Part shown: piece after piece, positions 33,691-43,021 of the stretch
How the letters are laid out: each line of letters begins with the position of its first letter
How positions within the stretch are numbered: position 1 is the stretch's first letter
Origin: Actinomycetales bacterium
GTDB lineage: Bacteria; Actinomycetota; Actinomycetes; Actinomycetales; Angustibacteraceae
Assembly (NCBI GenBank): GCA_035264765.1
Contig: DATFPQ010000268.1
Location: 923-64,922, forward strand
Reading direction: 5' to 3'
Length of the DNA: 64,000 nucleotides
Notes under the pieces: model-generated
What the model was told of the DNA's origin: nothing
Database searches by the model: none
Seen by the model: the letters and a program-made list of their open reading frames with translations, nothing else
Made by a program: the position numbers and the translations under genes

Positions 33691-35943
33691 ATGAGAAGAT
33701 CGGCCGCCATCGGGCAACGCGGCACCTCGCTGGTCATCGCCGTTCTGCTGGCCGGAGCGCTGCCGGTTGCGACGGCTAGGGCCGCGCCCGGAGCTTCCGC
33801 GGCGGCCGTGTGCTCGGCCGACGTGAACGATGTGTTCGCCGGTGCCCCGCGTCATGACGCCTCCCGCGGCGCGGTAGACGTCCGCCAGGCGGGCAGGCCG
33901 GCTCTCGTGGTCACCCGCTCCTCGCTGAAGGCGGGTGCGGCGACCGCTGGTGACCGGTTCGGCAGCACGCTCGCGCTCGAGCGCACCGGCGCGGGATGCG
34001 CCGTGCTCGCCATCGGTGCCCCCGGCGCCGATGGCACCGGGGCGGTCTTCCTCGCAGTCGACACCGGCGACGGCTTCGTCTCCGCGGGGACGGTGAAGGC
34101 ACCGGCGGGTGCGGCCGGCGACGATTTCGGTGCCTCGCTGGTTGTGTCGCCGTCCGCGACGCCGGGGGACTCCTCGCACGTGGAGCTGTGGGTCGGAGCT
34201 CCGGGCCGCGACGTCGGCAGCGCTTCCGACGCGGGCGTAGTGGAGCACTTCCGCCTCACGCTGCCCTCGGGCGCCGGCCCGGTGGCGGCGACTCACGTCG
34301 ACACGCTGCGCCAGGGCACGCCGGCGGTGCCCACGACGGCGGCGGAGGCGGGCGACCGCTTCGGCGAGGTCCTGGCCCCGAACCGCCTCGGCGTCGTCGT
34401 CGGCGTCCCGGGCGAGGACGTCGGCTCGGCGGCGGACGCTGGGATGGTTGTCCTGATCGGGCCGTCCTCCGGCACCTACGTGGCGCAGGCACAGCTCACC
34501 CAGAACACACCCGGGATTCCGGGGGCCGCCGAGGCCGGTGACCGATTCGGTGCCGCGCTGGCCCCCTGCGCGATGCTGATCGGCGTGCCGGGCGAGAGCA
34601 TCGGACCCCTCGAGGACGCGGGTGCCGTGCAGACGCTGCGGGGTTGCCCAACGTCCCGCCTGCTTCCGGGGCCTCTGCTCACGCAGGGCACCCCCGGCAT
34701 TCCCGGCAATGACGAGGCCGGTGACCGGTTCGGCGCCTCGGTGGCCGTGCGTTACGCCGCCGAGCAGGGGCGCGGCTACGTCATCGGCATACCCGGCGAG
34801 GACGTCGGCACGGTCGCCGACGCCGGCTCGGTGGTGGTGGAGGGCCAGTGTGCGGCGCCGTCGTGCCCCTGGTCGTCGCTGACACAGGGCAGCGGTCTGC
34901 CGGGCACCGTGGAGGCCGGGGACCAGGTCGGCGCGTCGCTGAGCATCCGGCACCGCTACGACACCACGGCCGCCGGCTCGTACGACACCACCGAACCCCT
35001 GATCGGCGTGCCCGGGGAGGACGTTGCCGCCGTACGGGACGCCGGCCTCGCGTACGGCCGTTCGGCCGGGACGGGAGCGCCGCGCACCGTGGAGTTCTCC
35101 GGTGAAGCCACGACCGGCCTGCGCTTCGGCACGGTGTTCGCGACCGCCACCTACCGCGGGGAGTCCGGGGCCGGAGCGTGCACCATCGCGGCGGCGGGCG
35201 ACGTCGCGGGCGTCCAGGACTTCCGCACGGGCGCGGCCGTGACCGGGGGACTGCTCACCGCCACAGGCCCGGCGCGGGTTCTGGCGCTCGGCGACCTGGC
35301 CTACAGCAATGGGACGCCCACCGAGTTCACGCGCTACTACGACGCGACGTGGGGCGACTTCCGGGCAGTCACGGCCCCGGCTCCTGGCAACCACGAGTAC
35401 GGGTCGCGGGGGGCGGCGGGCTACTACGGGTACTTCGGCGTGCCAGCCAACTACAGCTTCGACGTCTGCGGCTGGCACGTGATCTCGGTGGACCAGTACC
35501 GAAGCGCATCGGCGGCCGCGGCGTTCATCACCTCCGACGCCGCGGCGAACCCCGGTCGGCCGCTGCTGGTGCAGTGGCACGAGCCCCGGTTCTCCAGCGG
35601 CGAGCACGGGTCCAACCCCCGCATGCAGCCGCTGTGGGCGGCGGCCGTCCGAGCCGGCGCCACGATCGTCCTCAACGGGCACGACCACCACTACGAACGG
35701 TTCGGGACGCTGGACGAGAACGGCAACCAGGCAGCCTCTGGCACGCGCGAGTTCGTTTCCGGACTCGGCGGGCACCTGCTGAAGGGCGTCGGCCCCCGCG
35801 AACCCACCAGCGAGAAGACGGTGACCGGCGTCCCCGGGGTGCTGGTACTGACCCTGCGGACCGACGGATACGACTGGCGGCTGCGGCAGGCGACCAATGC
35901 CGCCGTCCGGGACGCCGGGACGGCGGCCGTGGTGCCTCGCTGA
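33691..35943 (+). CDS. Secreted FG-GAP (integrin-alpha-like propeller) repeat protein fused to a calcineurin-like metallophosphoesterase
   Basis: ATG at 33691 follows GGGAGG. Signal peptide LVIAVLLAGALPVATARA. Seven G(D)(R/D)FG repeats (GDRFGSTLA, GDDFGASLV, GDRFGEVLA, GDRFGAALA, GDRFGASVA, GDQVGASLS, GLRFGTVFA). C-terminal GDLAY...APGNHEY...GHDHHYERF phosphoesterase motifs. Confidence 0.8.
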   Translation: MRRSAAIGQRGTSLVIAVLLAGALPVATARAAPGASAAAVCSADVNDVFAGAPRHDASRGAVDVRQAGRPALVVTRSSLKAGAATAGDRFGSTLALERTGAGCAVLAIGAPGADGTGAVFLAVDTGDGFVSAGTVKAPAGAAGDDFGASLVVSPSATPGDSSHVELWVGAPGRDVGSASDAGVVEHFRLTLPSGAGPVAATHVDTLRQGTPAVPTTAAEAGDRFGEVLAPNRLGVVVGVPGEDVGSAADAGMVVLIGPSSGTYVAQAQLTQNTPGIPGAAEAGDRFGAALAPCAMLIGVPGESIGPLEDAGAVQTLRGCPTSRLLPGPLLTQGTPGIPGNDEAGDRFGASVAVRYAAEQGRGYVIGIPGEDVGTVADAGSVVVEGQCAAPSCPWSSLTQGSGLPGTVEAGDQVGASLSIRHRYDTTAAGSYDTTEPLIGVPGEDVAAVRDAGLAYGRSAGTGAPRTVEFSGEATTGLRFGTVFATATYRGESGAGACTIAAAGDVAGVQDFRTGAAVTGGLLTATGPARVLALGDLAYSNGTPTEFTRYYDATWGDFRAVTAPAPGNHEYGSRGAAGYYGYFGVPANYSFDVCGWHVISVDQYRSASAAAAFITSDAAANPGRPLLVQWHEPRFSSGEHGSNPRMQPLWAAAVRAGATIVLNGHDHHYERFGTLDENGNQAASGTREFVSGLGGHLLKGVGPREPTSEKTVTGVPGVLVLTLRTDGYDWRLRQATNAAVRDAGTAAVVPR

Positions 35944-36026
35944 CCACGCCCGCGGATTGGCCAGGCCGCGCCCTGGCAACCTGGCGTCGGCTCCGCCGTC
36001 CGCAGGCAGCCGGAAGCGAGCCGATG

Positions 36027-37307
36027 TCACCCCAGCGCCGCCGCCTTGCGCAGCAGCACCGACCGCTCGGGTACGTTGCGGCAGAGCCGGGCGGCGAGCT
36101 CTAGCTCGGCCCGTGCCTCCGTCGTGCGGCCGAGCCGGCCGAGCAGCTCGCCGCGCACGCTTGGGAGCAGGTACGACCCGGACAGGTGGTCCGAGGCCAC
36201 GAGTTCGTCGACGATGCGGAGCGCCGGCTGTGGGCCGTTGGCCATCGCGACCGCGACGGCGCGGTTGAGCTCGACGACGGGTGAGGGAGCCACCCGGCCG
36301 AGCGCCTCATACAGGAGCACGACCCGCTCCCAGTCGGTGTCCGGAACCGAGCACGCCGACGCGTGGCAGGCGGCGATCGCTGCCTGCAAACCGTACGGCC
36401 CCAGGCCGCGCCCGAGGGACGAGGCGCGGGCCATCGCGGCCACCCCGCGACGGATCGCCGACCGGTCCCACAGGCGCCGGTCCTGATCCTCCAGCAGCAC
36501 CGCCTCACCATCGGGCCCGGTGCGGGCGGGAAAGCGCGCGGCCGTGAGCTCGAACAGCGCGAGCAGGCCGTACACCTCCGGCTCATCGGGCAGCAACGCG
36601 GCGAGGATCCGGGTCAGCCGGATCGCCTCGTACGCCAGAGCCGGACGCAGCAGGCGGTCGCCGGACGTCGCCGTCGAGCCCTCCGCGAAGATCACGTAGA
36701 GCACGCTCAGGACACCGCCGAGGCGCTCGCGCCGTTGCTCGCGGGGTGGCACCTCGAACGGCACCCGCGCCGCGGCGATCGTCTTCTTGGCGCGGGTGAC
36801 CCGGGCCTGGACCGTCGGCACGGGCACGAGGAACGCCCGGGCGATCTCCTCGCTGGCCAGGCCGGCGACCGCGCGCAGCGTCAGGGCCACCCGGGCCTCC
36901 GGCGACAGCACCGGATGGCAGGCCACGAACATCAGCGCGAGGACGTCGTCGTCGACCTGGTCGGGATCCCAGGGCAGGTCGTCCGGCCGGTCCCGCGGGG
37001 CCACCGCGCCCGAGCTCGCCTGACCCTCGGCGAGCTGGCCGGCGAGGATCGCGTACCGCTCGTCGAGCGCCGACCGGCGGCGGAAGCTGTCGATGGCGCG
37101 CCGCCGCGCGGTCGCGAGCAGCCAGCCCACCGGGTTGGACGGCGCTCCGTCGCGCGACCAGGTGACCAACGCCTCCGCCAGCGCCTCCTGCGCGACGTCC
37201 TCGGCCAGCCCGAAGTCCCCGGTGTAGCGGGCCAGCGCGCCGACGATCCGGGCGGACTCGATCCGCCACACGGCCTCGACGGCGCGCCGCGCCGACGCCG
37301 CGCTCAT
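36027..37307 (-). CDS. ECF sigma factor with a C-terminal TPR-like extension (ECF42-type)
   Basis: ATG at 37307 within the fused ORF 36027..38204. Region 2 (ARYTGDFGLAEDVAQEAL), region 4 (ALTLRAVAGLASEEIARAFLVPVPTVQARVTRAKKTI), then a ~200-aa helical extension. Co-directional with the YciI/DGPF gene. Confidence 0.8.
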   Translation of the reverse strand: MSAASARRAVEAVWRIESARIVGALARYTGDFGLAEDVAQEALAEALVTWSRDGAPSNPVGWLLATARRRAIDSFRRRSALDERYAILAGQLAEGQASSGAVAPRDRPDDLPWDPDQVDDDVLALMFVACHPVLSPEARVALTLRAVAGLASEEIARAFLVPVPTVQARVTRAKKTIAAARVPFEVPPREQRRERLGGVLSVLYVIFAEGSTATSGDRLLRPALAYEAIRLTRILAALLPDEPEVYGLLALFELTAARFPARTGPDGEAVLLEDQDRRLWDRSAIRRGVAAMARASSLGRGLGPYGLQAAIAACHASACSVPDTDWERVVLLYEALGRVAPSPVVELNRAVAVAMANGPQPALRIVDELVASDHLSGSYLLPSVRGELLGRLGRTTEARAELELAARLCRNVPERSVLLRKAAALG

Positions 37308-37327
37308 GTGAGCCCCGGCGCCGGGCG

Positions 37328-37747
37328 TCAGAGCTGGCCGGTCCGCTCGCGCCACGCCCGCTCCCTGATAACCCACTCGTTGTCCTGCGGGAACTCGTCG
37401 ATGCTCGGCACGCGCCGGATCTCGCACTTGGTCCCCGAGATCGCCGGGAGTCGCTTCGCCCACTCGATCGCCTCCTCCTTGGAGGCCACGTCGAGCAGGT
37501 AGTAGCCGCCGAACAGCTCCTTGGTCTCGCCGTACGGGCCGTCGGTGACCACCGGCGTCTCGCCGCTGAAGTCGACCACCACGCCGTGGGCCGGGTCGTC
37601 GAGACCCTCGGCGGCGACGAGCACGCCGGCCCGGATCAGCTCCTCGTTGAAGCGGCCCATCCTCTCGAGCATCTCCTCGAAGGGTGTCTCCATCATCTTC
37701 GCGACGGAGCCGTCCGTGCCTCGCATGATCAGCATGTACTTCGCCAT
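37328..37747 (-). CDS. YciI/DGPF-family protein
   Basis: ATG at 37747 follows AAGGAG. MAKYMLIMRG...GRFNEELIRAGVLVAAEGL...TDGPYGETKELFGGYYLLDVASKEEAIEWAKR. Confidence 0.85.
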   Translation of the reverse strand: MAKYMLIMRGTDGSVAKMMETPFEEMLERMGRFNEELIRAGVLVAAEGLDDPAHGVVVDFSGETPVVTDGPYGETKELFGGYYLLDVASKEEAIEWAKRLPAISGTKCEIRRVPSIDEFPQDNEWVIRERAWRERTGQL

Positions 37748-37796
37748 CGTCGATCTCCTTGCGATCGGGTCGCCTCTCGACCCTCTCACTTCCCAG

Positions 37797-37823
37797 GTCG
37801 AACGGGGCAGCCCCGGATCGACA
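37797..37823 (-). promoter_or_regulatory. Candidate ECF42-type promoter (TGTCGA - 16 nt - TCGAC) upstream of the YciI-sigma operon
   Basis: The minus strand reads TGTCGAtccggggctgccccgtTCGAC, about 50 nt upstream of the YciI start. As I recall it, the published ECF42 motif is -35 TGTCGA with -10 CG(A/T)C. Not verified here. Confidence 0.4.
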
Positions 37824-38035
37824 CCCCACGCGAAATCGGCAGTCGATGCAGTACAGGGAACCGTCTCGCAGGCCGCAAAACCCGCTGCCGCCCGTCCTCT
37901 TGGCGTCGTAGCCTGCGGCACGGGCCTGGCAGCTACGGGCAGCGCCGGCGGCACACCTCGCTCGCGTTCGGCGTGGGGCATCGACGCAGCGGCCCCGGTG
38001 GTGTGCGGAAGACCGGGCCCGACGAGGGAGGACGA

Positions 38036-38809
38036 GTGGGCTCACCGAGCCAGCGGGACGAGTTCGACCGGCGCGGGCTGCTGCGGCTGCCGAGCGCGGT
38101 GCCGGCCAACGACGCCGAAAAGATGCGGAATCGGCTTTGGCAGCACCTGCAGCAGACCCACGGTGCTCTACCTGCTCGTCCGGACACCTGGCCGGTCCTG
38201 GCACCTGCGCACTTCCAGTCCCTCACTCGCAGCGGAGCGTTCGACGCGATGGCCGCACCACCCGTCTTCGCCGCGATCGACGGGCTGCTGGGTCGGAAGG
38301 GCTGGCGGACGCCCGAGCGTTGGGGTCGCCCGCTCGTGACCTTTCCGCAGGACTCGCAATGGCAGCTGCCCGCCAGAGGATGGCACCTGGACTCCAGCGA
38401 CCGACCCGGCGATCCGGTCCTCGTCGTGTTCGCCTGTCTCGCGCCCGTTCGTCCGGCAGGTGGGGGAACGCTCGTGGTCACGGGGTCGCACCGGCTCACC
38501 AGGCCAGGGAGCCGGTACTCCGGTCTGCGCTCCGCCCAGGTTCGCGACCGCCTCGGCAGCGACCACGCATGGTTCCGCGACCTCCTCACCGAAGGGGACG
38601 AGCCCGACCGCACGGCCCGCCTGCTCGGCCAGACGTACCGGATCGACGACATCGAGCTCCAGATCGCGGAGCTCACCGGTGACACCGGCGACGCATTCCT
38701 CATGCACCCCCGGCTGATGCACGCGGTCGCGCCCAACGCACGTGACACGCCACGGCTGATGCTCCTGCACTTCGTCGAGCCGCCGGAGGCTCCGAGGCTG
38801 GACGCATGA
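38036..38809 (+). CDS. Phytanoyl-CoA dioxygenase (PhyH)-like Fe(II)/2OG oxygenase family protein
   Basis: GTG at 38036 follows GGGAGGA, in frame in ORF 37586..38809. FDRRGLLRLPSAV...WHLDS...GGGTLVVTGSH...AFLMHPRLMHAV suggests the H-x-D...H facial triad pattern. Confidence 0.6.
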   Translation: MGSPSQRDEFDRRGLLRLPSAVPANDAEKMRNRLWQHLQQTHGALPARPDTWPVLAPAHFQSLTRSGAFDAMAAPPVFAAIDGLLGRKGWRTPERWGRPLVTFPQDSQWQLPARGWHLDSSDRPGDPVLVVFACLAPVRPAGGGTLVVTGSHRLTRPGSRYSGLRSAQVRDRLGSDHAWFRDLLTEGDEPDRTARLLGQTYRIDDIELQIAELTGDTGDAFLMHPRLMHAVAPNARDTPRLMLLHFVEPPEAPRLDA

Positions 38810-38946
38810 GCTCCTCGCTAGCACCCACGCACCAGGGGAAGGGTTACTGCACCGGGGAGTGGTTCGCGCAGAGGTGAACCACCCGTCAGGGGAGAGGTCG
38901 ACTCGTCGCCGTGCGGTCCACGACGCCGCACGTCACGCCTCCCGGC

Positions 38947-40371
38947 TCAGCTCCGCTCCGGCGAGGCATCGGGCGCGACCAGGTTGACGGCTGGATCGAC
39001 GACCGCGTCTGCGCCGACGTCCATGTCCTGCTGCGGACCGGCGAAGGACTGGGACAACCGACGGTAGGAGCGGCTGCGCAGCGCGAGCAGTGTCGTCAGC
39101 AGCCCGAGAATGCCGGTGACCATGAAGACGAGCGCGAGCCCGCGCTCCGCGCCGGTGCCGAACCACGGGCCGAGGGTGTCGGCGCCCCAGCCGTCGGTCA
39201 TGGAGGGAATGACAAGGAACTGGGCGATCGGGCCCATCAGAAAGGCGGTCAGCGGCGACGCGGCCTGCTCGACACTCTGGGCGAAGCCGAACACGCGGCC
39301 CTGCCGCTCGAACGGCACGACCTTCTGAAGCACGGTCTGCTCGGCTGCTTCGGCGAAGGGCACCATGAGCATGTACACCGCCATCCCGAGGGCGAGCAGC
39401 ACGATGGAACTGCGAACCGGGAAGAGCGCGGTGACCGTCCACAACACAACGTTGATGAGCAGCAATGTTCGCACTGGGTTCCGTCCGAGTCCCACGCGCG
39501 CCACCACCAGGCCGCCAACGATCACGAACGCGCTGAGTACTCCCCAGAGCAGCCCCCACACCTGCACGGACACGAGGGACAGCCCGTATGCGTCCATGAG
39601 CGCCATGAAGGCGCCACCCAGGAAGTTGTTGAAGCACGAGAACGCGATCAGCGCGACCAGCCCGGGCACGCCCACGACCAGCCGGATGGTGCCCCGCAGG
39701 TCGACACCGGAACCGGCTTCCCCGCGCGCGAGACGCACCGGCCGGGTCTCTGGCACGTCTACCGAGCCCAGGTGCAGCAACGCGAGTGCGAGCACACCGA
39801 TCGCCAGCAACAGCGCGTAGTACATCCCTCCAGCGGCGACCAGCAGGCCGCTGATCACGGACGTGACAAGGAACGACACTCCGGTGGCCGTGCCTACCAG
39901 CCCGTTGGCCTTGTCCCGGCGATCCGCAGGGATGAGCAGGGTGACCAGGGTCGGCATCGCGATGGTACGCAGGTTTCCAGTGACCACCCCGAGCATCAGC
40001 AGCACGACGAAGACCCACAGTCGCACGCTGCCGGGGTCGCGGAACGAGGCCTCCGGGGTGGTGACGTAGATCGCCAGGCAGGCTGCGTACAGCAGCAGCG
40101 ACACCGCCGCGGACCACTGCATCACGGTCTTCTTGTGGTGGTGGTCGACCAGGCTGCCGAACCAGATTCCGGTGCCTGCGGTGGACGCCAGGAAGATTCC
40201 GGAGATCAGTCCCGTGGCGAACACCGACCTGGTCTCGAGGTACACCCAGAAGGTGACCGCGAACCAGAGGGTGAAGTTGATCACCGAGACCACCAGGGTG
40301 CTGAGCAGGACGTGCAGGAACGTCCGCTGCGGGCCCGTCCGCAGGTCCAGCGCGGGCGAGGTCTCGGTCAT
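38947..40371 (-). CDS. MFS transporter
   Basis: ATG at 40371 follows AGGAG, in ORF 38947..40434. About 12 TM helices. Typical MFS loop between TM2 and TM3 (GSLVDHHHKKTVM). Confidence 0.85.
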   Translation of the reverse strand: MTETSPALDLRTGPQRTFLHVLLSTLVVSVINFTLWFAVTFWVYLETRSVFATGLISGIFLASTAGTGIWFGSLVDHHHKKTVMQWSAAVSLLLYAACLAIYVTTPEASFRDPGSVRLWVFVVLLMLGVVTGNLRTIAMPTLVTLLIPADRRDKANGLVGTATGVSFLVTSVISGLLVAAGGMYYALLLAIGVLALALLHLGSVDVPETRPVRLARGEAGSGVDLRGTIRLVVGVPGLVALIAFSCFNNFLGGAFMALMDAYGLSLVSVQVWGLLWGVLSAFVIVGGLVVARVGLGRNPVRTLLLINVVLWTVTALFPVRSSIVLLALGMAVYMLMVPFAEAAEQTVLQKVVPFERQGRVFGFAQSVEQAASPLTAFLMGPIAQFLVIPSMTDGWGADTLGPWFGTGAERGLALVFMVTGILGLLTTLLALRSRSYRRLSQSFAGPQQDMDVGADAVVDPAVNLVAPDASPERS

Positions 40372-40463
40372 GACAGCTCCTAGGCGCCGGATGCCTGCGT
40401 CCCATCGTGCAAGCTCGAGTGGACCTGAGGTCAATCGCTTAAATCCCGCGGTCGTCGACTCCC

Positions 40464-41075
40464 TCAGTCGTGCGGCAGGTTCTCCTTCGCCTCCTCATAG
40501 GAACCGGTCGGCGGCTCCGAGGCGGGCTTGTACACCAGGTACACCACGCCCGTCTTGAATGCCTGCGCCGAGAGCAGCCTCAGGTGTCGAGCAGACCCGC
40601 CCTGTTCGAAGAGCTTCAGCCCCGACCCGGCGGTCGCTGGATGGACGAAGAGGTGCAGCTCGTCGAGCAGATCGGCGTCGAGCAGCTGCCGTACCACCGA
40701 GACGGACCCGCTCAGCACGATCCGCCCCACCGTCGGGTCGTCTTTGAGTGCCGTGGTCGCCTGGACGAGGTCGCCCTGCAGCTGCTCCGAGTTGCGCCAG
40801 CTGAGCTCCAGCGGACGGCGTGACGCGACGATCTTCCGCATGTCGCCCAGCCGCTTCGCGAACGGCGCGTCCTCCCCACCAGCAGCCTCTCGTTCGGGCC
40901 AGGCGCCGGCGAAGCTGTCGTAGGTCACGCGGCCGAACAGCATCACGTCGGCGTCGTGCGTGCCGGTCACTGCCTCACCCATCTCCTCGTTGAAGTACGG
41001 GAAGTGCCAGTTGCCGACGCCGGGATCGACGACGCCGTCGAGCGCCGTGAAAAGGCTGGCCGTGATCGTGGCCAT
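40464..41075 (-). CDS. Dihydrofolate reductase-like (RibD C-terminal domain) family protein
   Basis: ORF track. ITASLFTALDGVV...VMLFGRVTYDSF...IVLSGSVSVVRQLLDADLLDELHLFVHP. Confidence 0.8.
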   Translation of the reverse strand: MATITASLFTALDGVVDPGVGNWHFPYFNEEMGEAVTGTHDADVMLFGRVTYDSFAGAWPEREAAGGEDAPFAKRLGDMRKIVASRRPLELSWRNSEQLQGDLVQATTALKDDPTVGRIVLSGSVSVVRQLLDADLLDELHLFVHPATAGSGLKLFEQGGSARHLRLLSAQAFKTGVVYLVYKPASEPPTGSYEEAKENLPHD

Positions 41076-41198
41076 GCGTTGTCTCCCGTTCTGTTGGTCG
41101 CGCTTACCGATCGTGCAGTAGACCGTACAAGCGCCCCAACCTCATCGCGGCGGCAGCGCTGAGCTTCGGCCGCCCTTGAGTTCACGATCTGCAGCAGC

Positions 41199-41936
41199 TC
41201 ATTCCTTGCGGGCCACCACGATGAGCTCGCCATCCCCCTTGGTGACCGGCTCCCCGCGCCAGCCGCCGTAGATCCGCTCGACAGTGAACCCGGCCTCCTG
41301 CAACGACGAGGTGACCTCTGCCTCGGACCGCCACCGTAGGGTGACCACGCTGAACAGCTCCTCACCGTCCGCGAACGCGTAGTACTGGCACGAGGTGACG
41401 ACGTCGTCCGCTCGGTCCGTGACCTCACTCCACATCAGGACCACAGTGCCGTCACCAAGGACGACGTGACGCCGCGTCTCCGCTGGGCTCCATCGCTCCC
41501 AGTGGCGAGCCCTCGCATCGCGAGTGTCGAAGACAAGACGCCCGCCCCACGCCAGCGCCCGGTTGAGGTCGCCCAGCACCTCTCGCCAGTCCTCGTCGGA
41601 GACGAAGAACTGCGCCACATGGCTGGTCATCACGGCGACGTCGAAGGCGTCTTCCGGCAGCACCCGCGAGGTGCCCTCGATCCAGGTCACCCGGTCCGCC
41701 CCGGGCTTGCCCCGAGCCGCCCGCAGGGACGCCGCTGCCGGGTCGACGCCGGTCACCCGATGCCCTGCCGCGGCCAGGCCGAGCGCAAGGCGCCCGGTGC
41801 CGCAGCCGAGGTCGAGGACCCTGTCGGACGGGACCTGCTCGACGAGGGCCACGAAGAAGTCGTCCTCGCGGGACCACGGGAACGCCGCGTCATACACGCC
41901 GACCAGCCGGGGGTGCAGGAACTCGCCGTGGCGCAT
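41199..41936 (-). CDS. Class I SAM-dependent methyltransferase
   Basis: ATG at 41936 in ORF 41199..42071. PRLVGVYDAAFPW...RVLDLGCGTGRLALGLAAAGHRVTGVDP (motif I). Confidence 0.75.
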   Translation of the reverse strand: MRHGEFLHPRLVGVYDAAFPWSREDDFFVALVEQVPSDRVLDLGCGTGRLALGLAAAGHRVTGVDPAAASLRAARGKPGADRVTWIEGTSRVLPEDAFDVAVMTSHVAQFFVSDEDWREVLGDLNRALAWGGRLVFDTRDARARHWERWSPAETRRHVVLGDGTVVLMWSEVTDRADDVVTSCQYYAFADGEELFSVVTLRWRSEAEVTSSLQEAGFTVERIYGGWRGEPVTKGDGELIVVARKE

Positions 41937-42051
41937 CCCGCGACCATAGTCCCGCTCGTTGAACAGCCCATCCGGCTGACAGCGGAGCCGATGAGTATCG
42001 GTGACCTGAGCGGTCTTCCTGTCAGTCTCATCGACCGACGTGGAGGCCACG

Positions 42052-42939
42052 ATGCCCGATTCCCTCACCACCGATCTACTGGACGTGCCAGGAGCGAAGC
42101 TGTACTACGAGGTCCGCGGCTCGGGACCATTGCTGCTCGTCATCGGGCAGCCGATGACCAGTGAGCCGTTCGGCCCGATGGCAGGCCTGCTTGCGGCCGA
42201 TCACACCGTGGTGACCTACGACCCACGCGGGCTGGGCCAGAGCACGGTGGAGGACCCGTCATCGGACGTGACACCGCAGATCCAGGCTGACGACCTGGCC
42301 CGCCTTCTCGACGCAGTCGGTGGCGGCCCTGCAGATGTGTTCGCCAGCAGCGGCGGTGCAGTTACTGGCCTGGCGCTGGCCGTTCGGCACCCCGCCCAGG
42401 TCCGGTTGCTCGTCGCGCACGAGCCACCGGTGACCGAGCTGTTGCCCGACGCCGAGCACGTGCGCGCGCTGGTCGACGAGATCGAGGAGGCTTACCGCGC
42501 CGGCGGCAACGCCCCGGCCTGGGGAAAGTTCGTCTCGCTCGTCATGCACGACGGGCTGGTGACCGCGGACGGTGTGCCGCCGGCCAGCTGGCCGCCTGGG
42601 GGAGCGGACTCCGGCGGCGCCGAGAAGTCGGCCGGCCAGGACACCGGTCAGGCCCCTCCCGAGCCGTCGCAGAAGCAGCTCGCCGACGACGAGCTGTTCT
42701 TCCTGCGCATGCTGAAGCCGTTCACCCGGTACGAGCCGGACGTCGACGCCCTTCGGTCCGGACGCCCACGAGTGCTCATCGCCGTCGGAGAGATGTCCAG
42801 GGGCGAGGTCGCGGCGCGCTCGGCCAGGGCCCTCGCCGAGCAGCTCGGTATCCCGACCACGGCCTTCCCGGGGCACCACGGTGGGTTCATGGACGACCCC
42901 GAAGCGTTCGCCTCGAGGCTTCGCGAAACGCTGTCCTGA
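42052..42939 (+). CDS. Alpha/beta hydrolase
   Basis: ATG at 42052 lies 5 nt after GGAGG. KLYYEVRGSGPLLLVIG...YDPRGLGQS...VFASSGGAVTGL (nucleophile elbow variant). Confidence 0.8.
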   Translation: MPDSLTTDLLDVPGAKLYYEVRGSGPLLLVIGQPMTSEPFGPMAGLLAADHTVVTYDPRGLGQSTVEDPSSDVTPQIQADDLARLLDAVGGGPADVFASSGGAVTGLALAVRHPAQVRLLVAHEPPVTELLPDAEHVRALVDEIEEAYRAGGNAPAWGKFVSLVMHDGLVTADGVPPASWPPGGADSGGAEKSAGQDTGQAPPEPSQKQLADDELFFLRMLKPFTRYEPDVDALRSGRPRVLIAVGEMSRGEVAARSARALAEQLGIPTTAFPGHHGGFMDDPEAFASRLRETLS

Positions 42940-43021
42940 CTCCGCTCTCACGTCCTGGCCGCCGCGGCAGTGCCTTGCTACGGTTCGCTCCTCGGTGCCT
43001 GAGGGCTGACGGGGGACGACG

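Noticed and set aside
33562-36030. 822-aa minus-strand ORF
   Set aside because: It is antisense to the well-supported FG-GAP/phosphoesterase gene. Its Arg/Gly/Pro/Ala-rich composition is typical of shadow ORFs in high-GC DNA, and it has no motifs.
36027-38204. Single 725-aa ORF
   Set aside because: It is a read-through artefact. It contains two separate genes (YciI and the ECF sigma factor) with their own SD and ATG, and its N-terminal 150 aa are low-complexity.
38911-40405. Two ~490-aa ORFs (plus strand, and an alternative minus-strand frame)
   Set aside because: They are shadows of the MFS transporter gene. Only the 38947..40434 frame gives TM helices.
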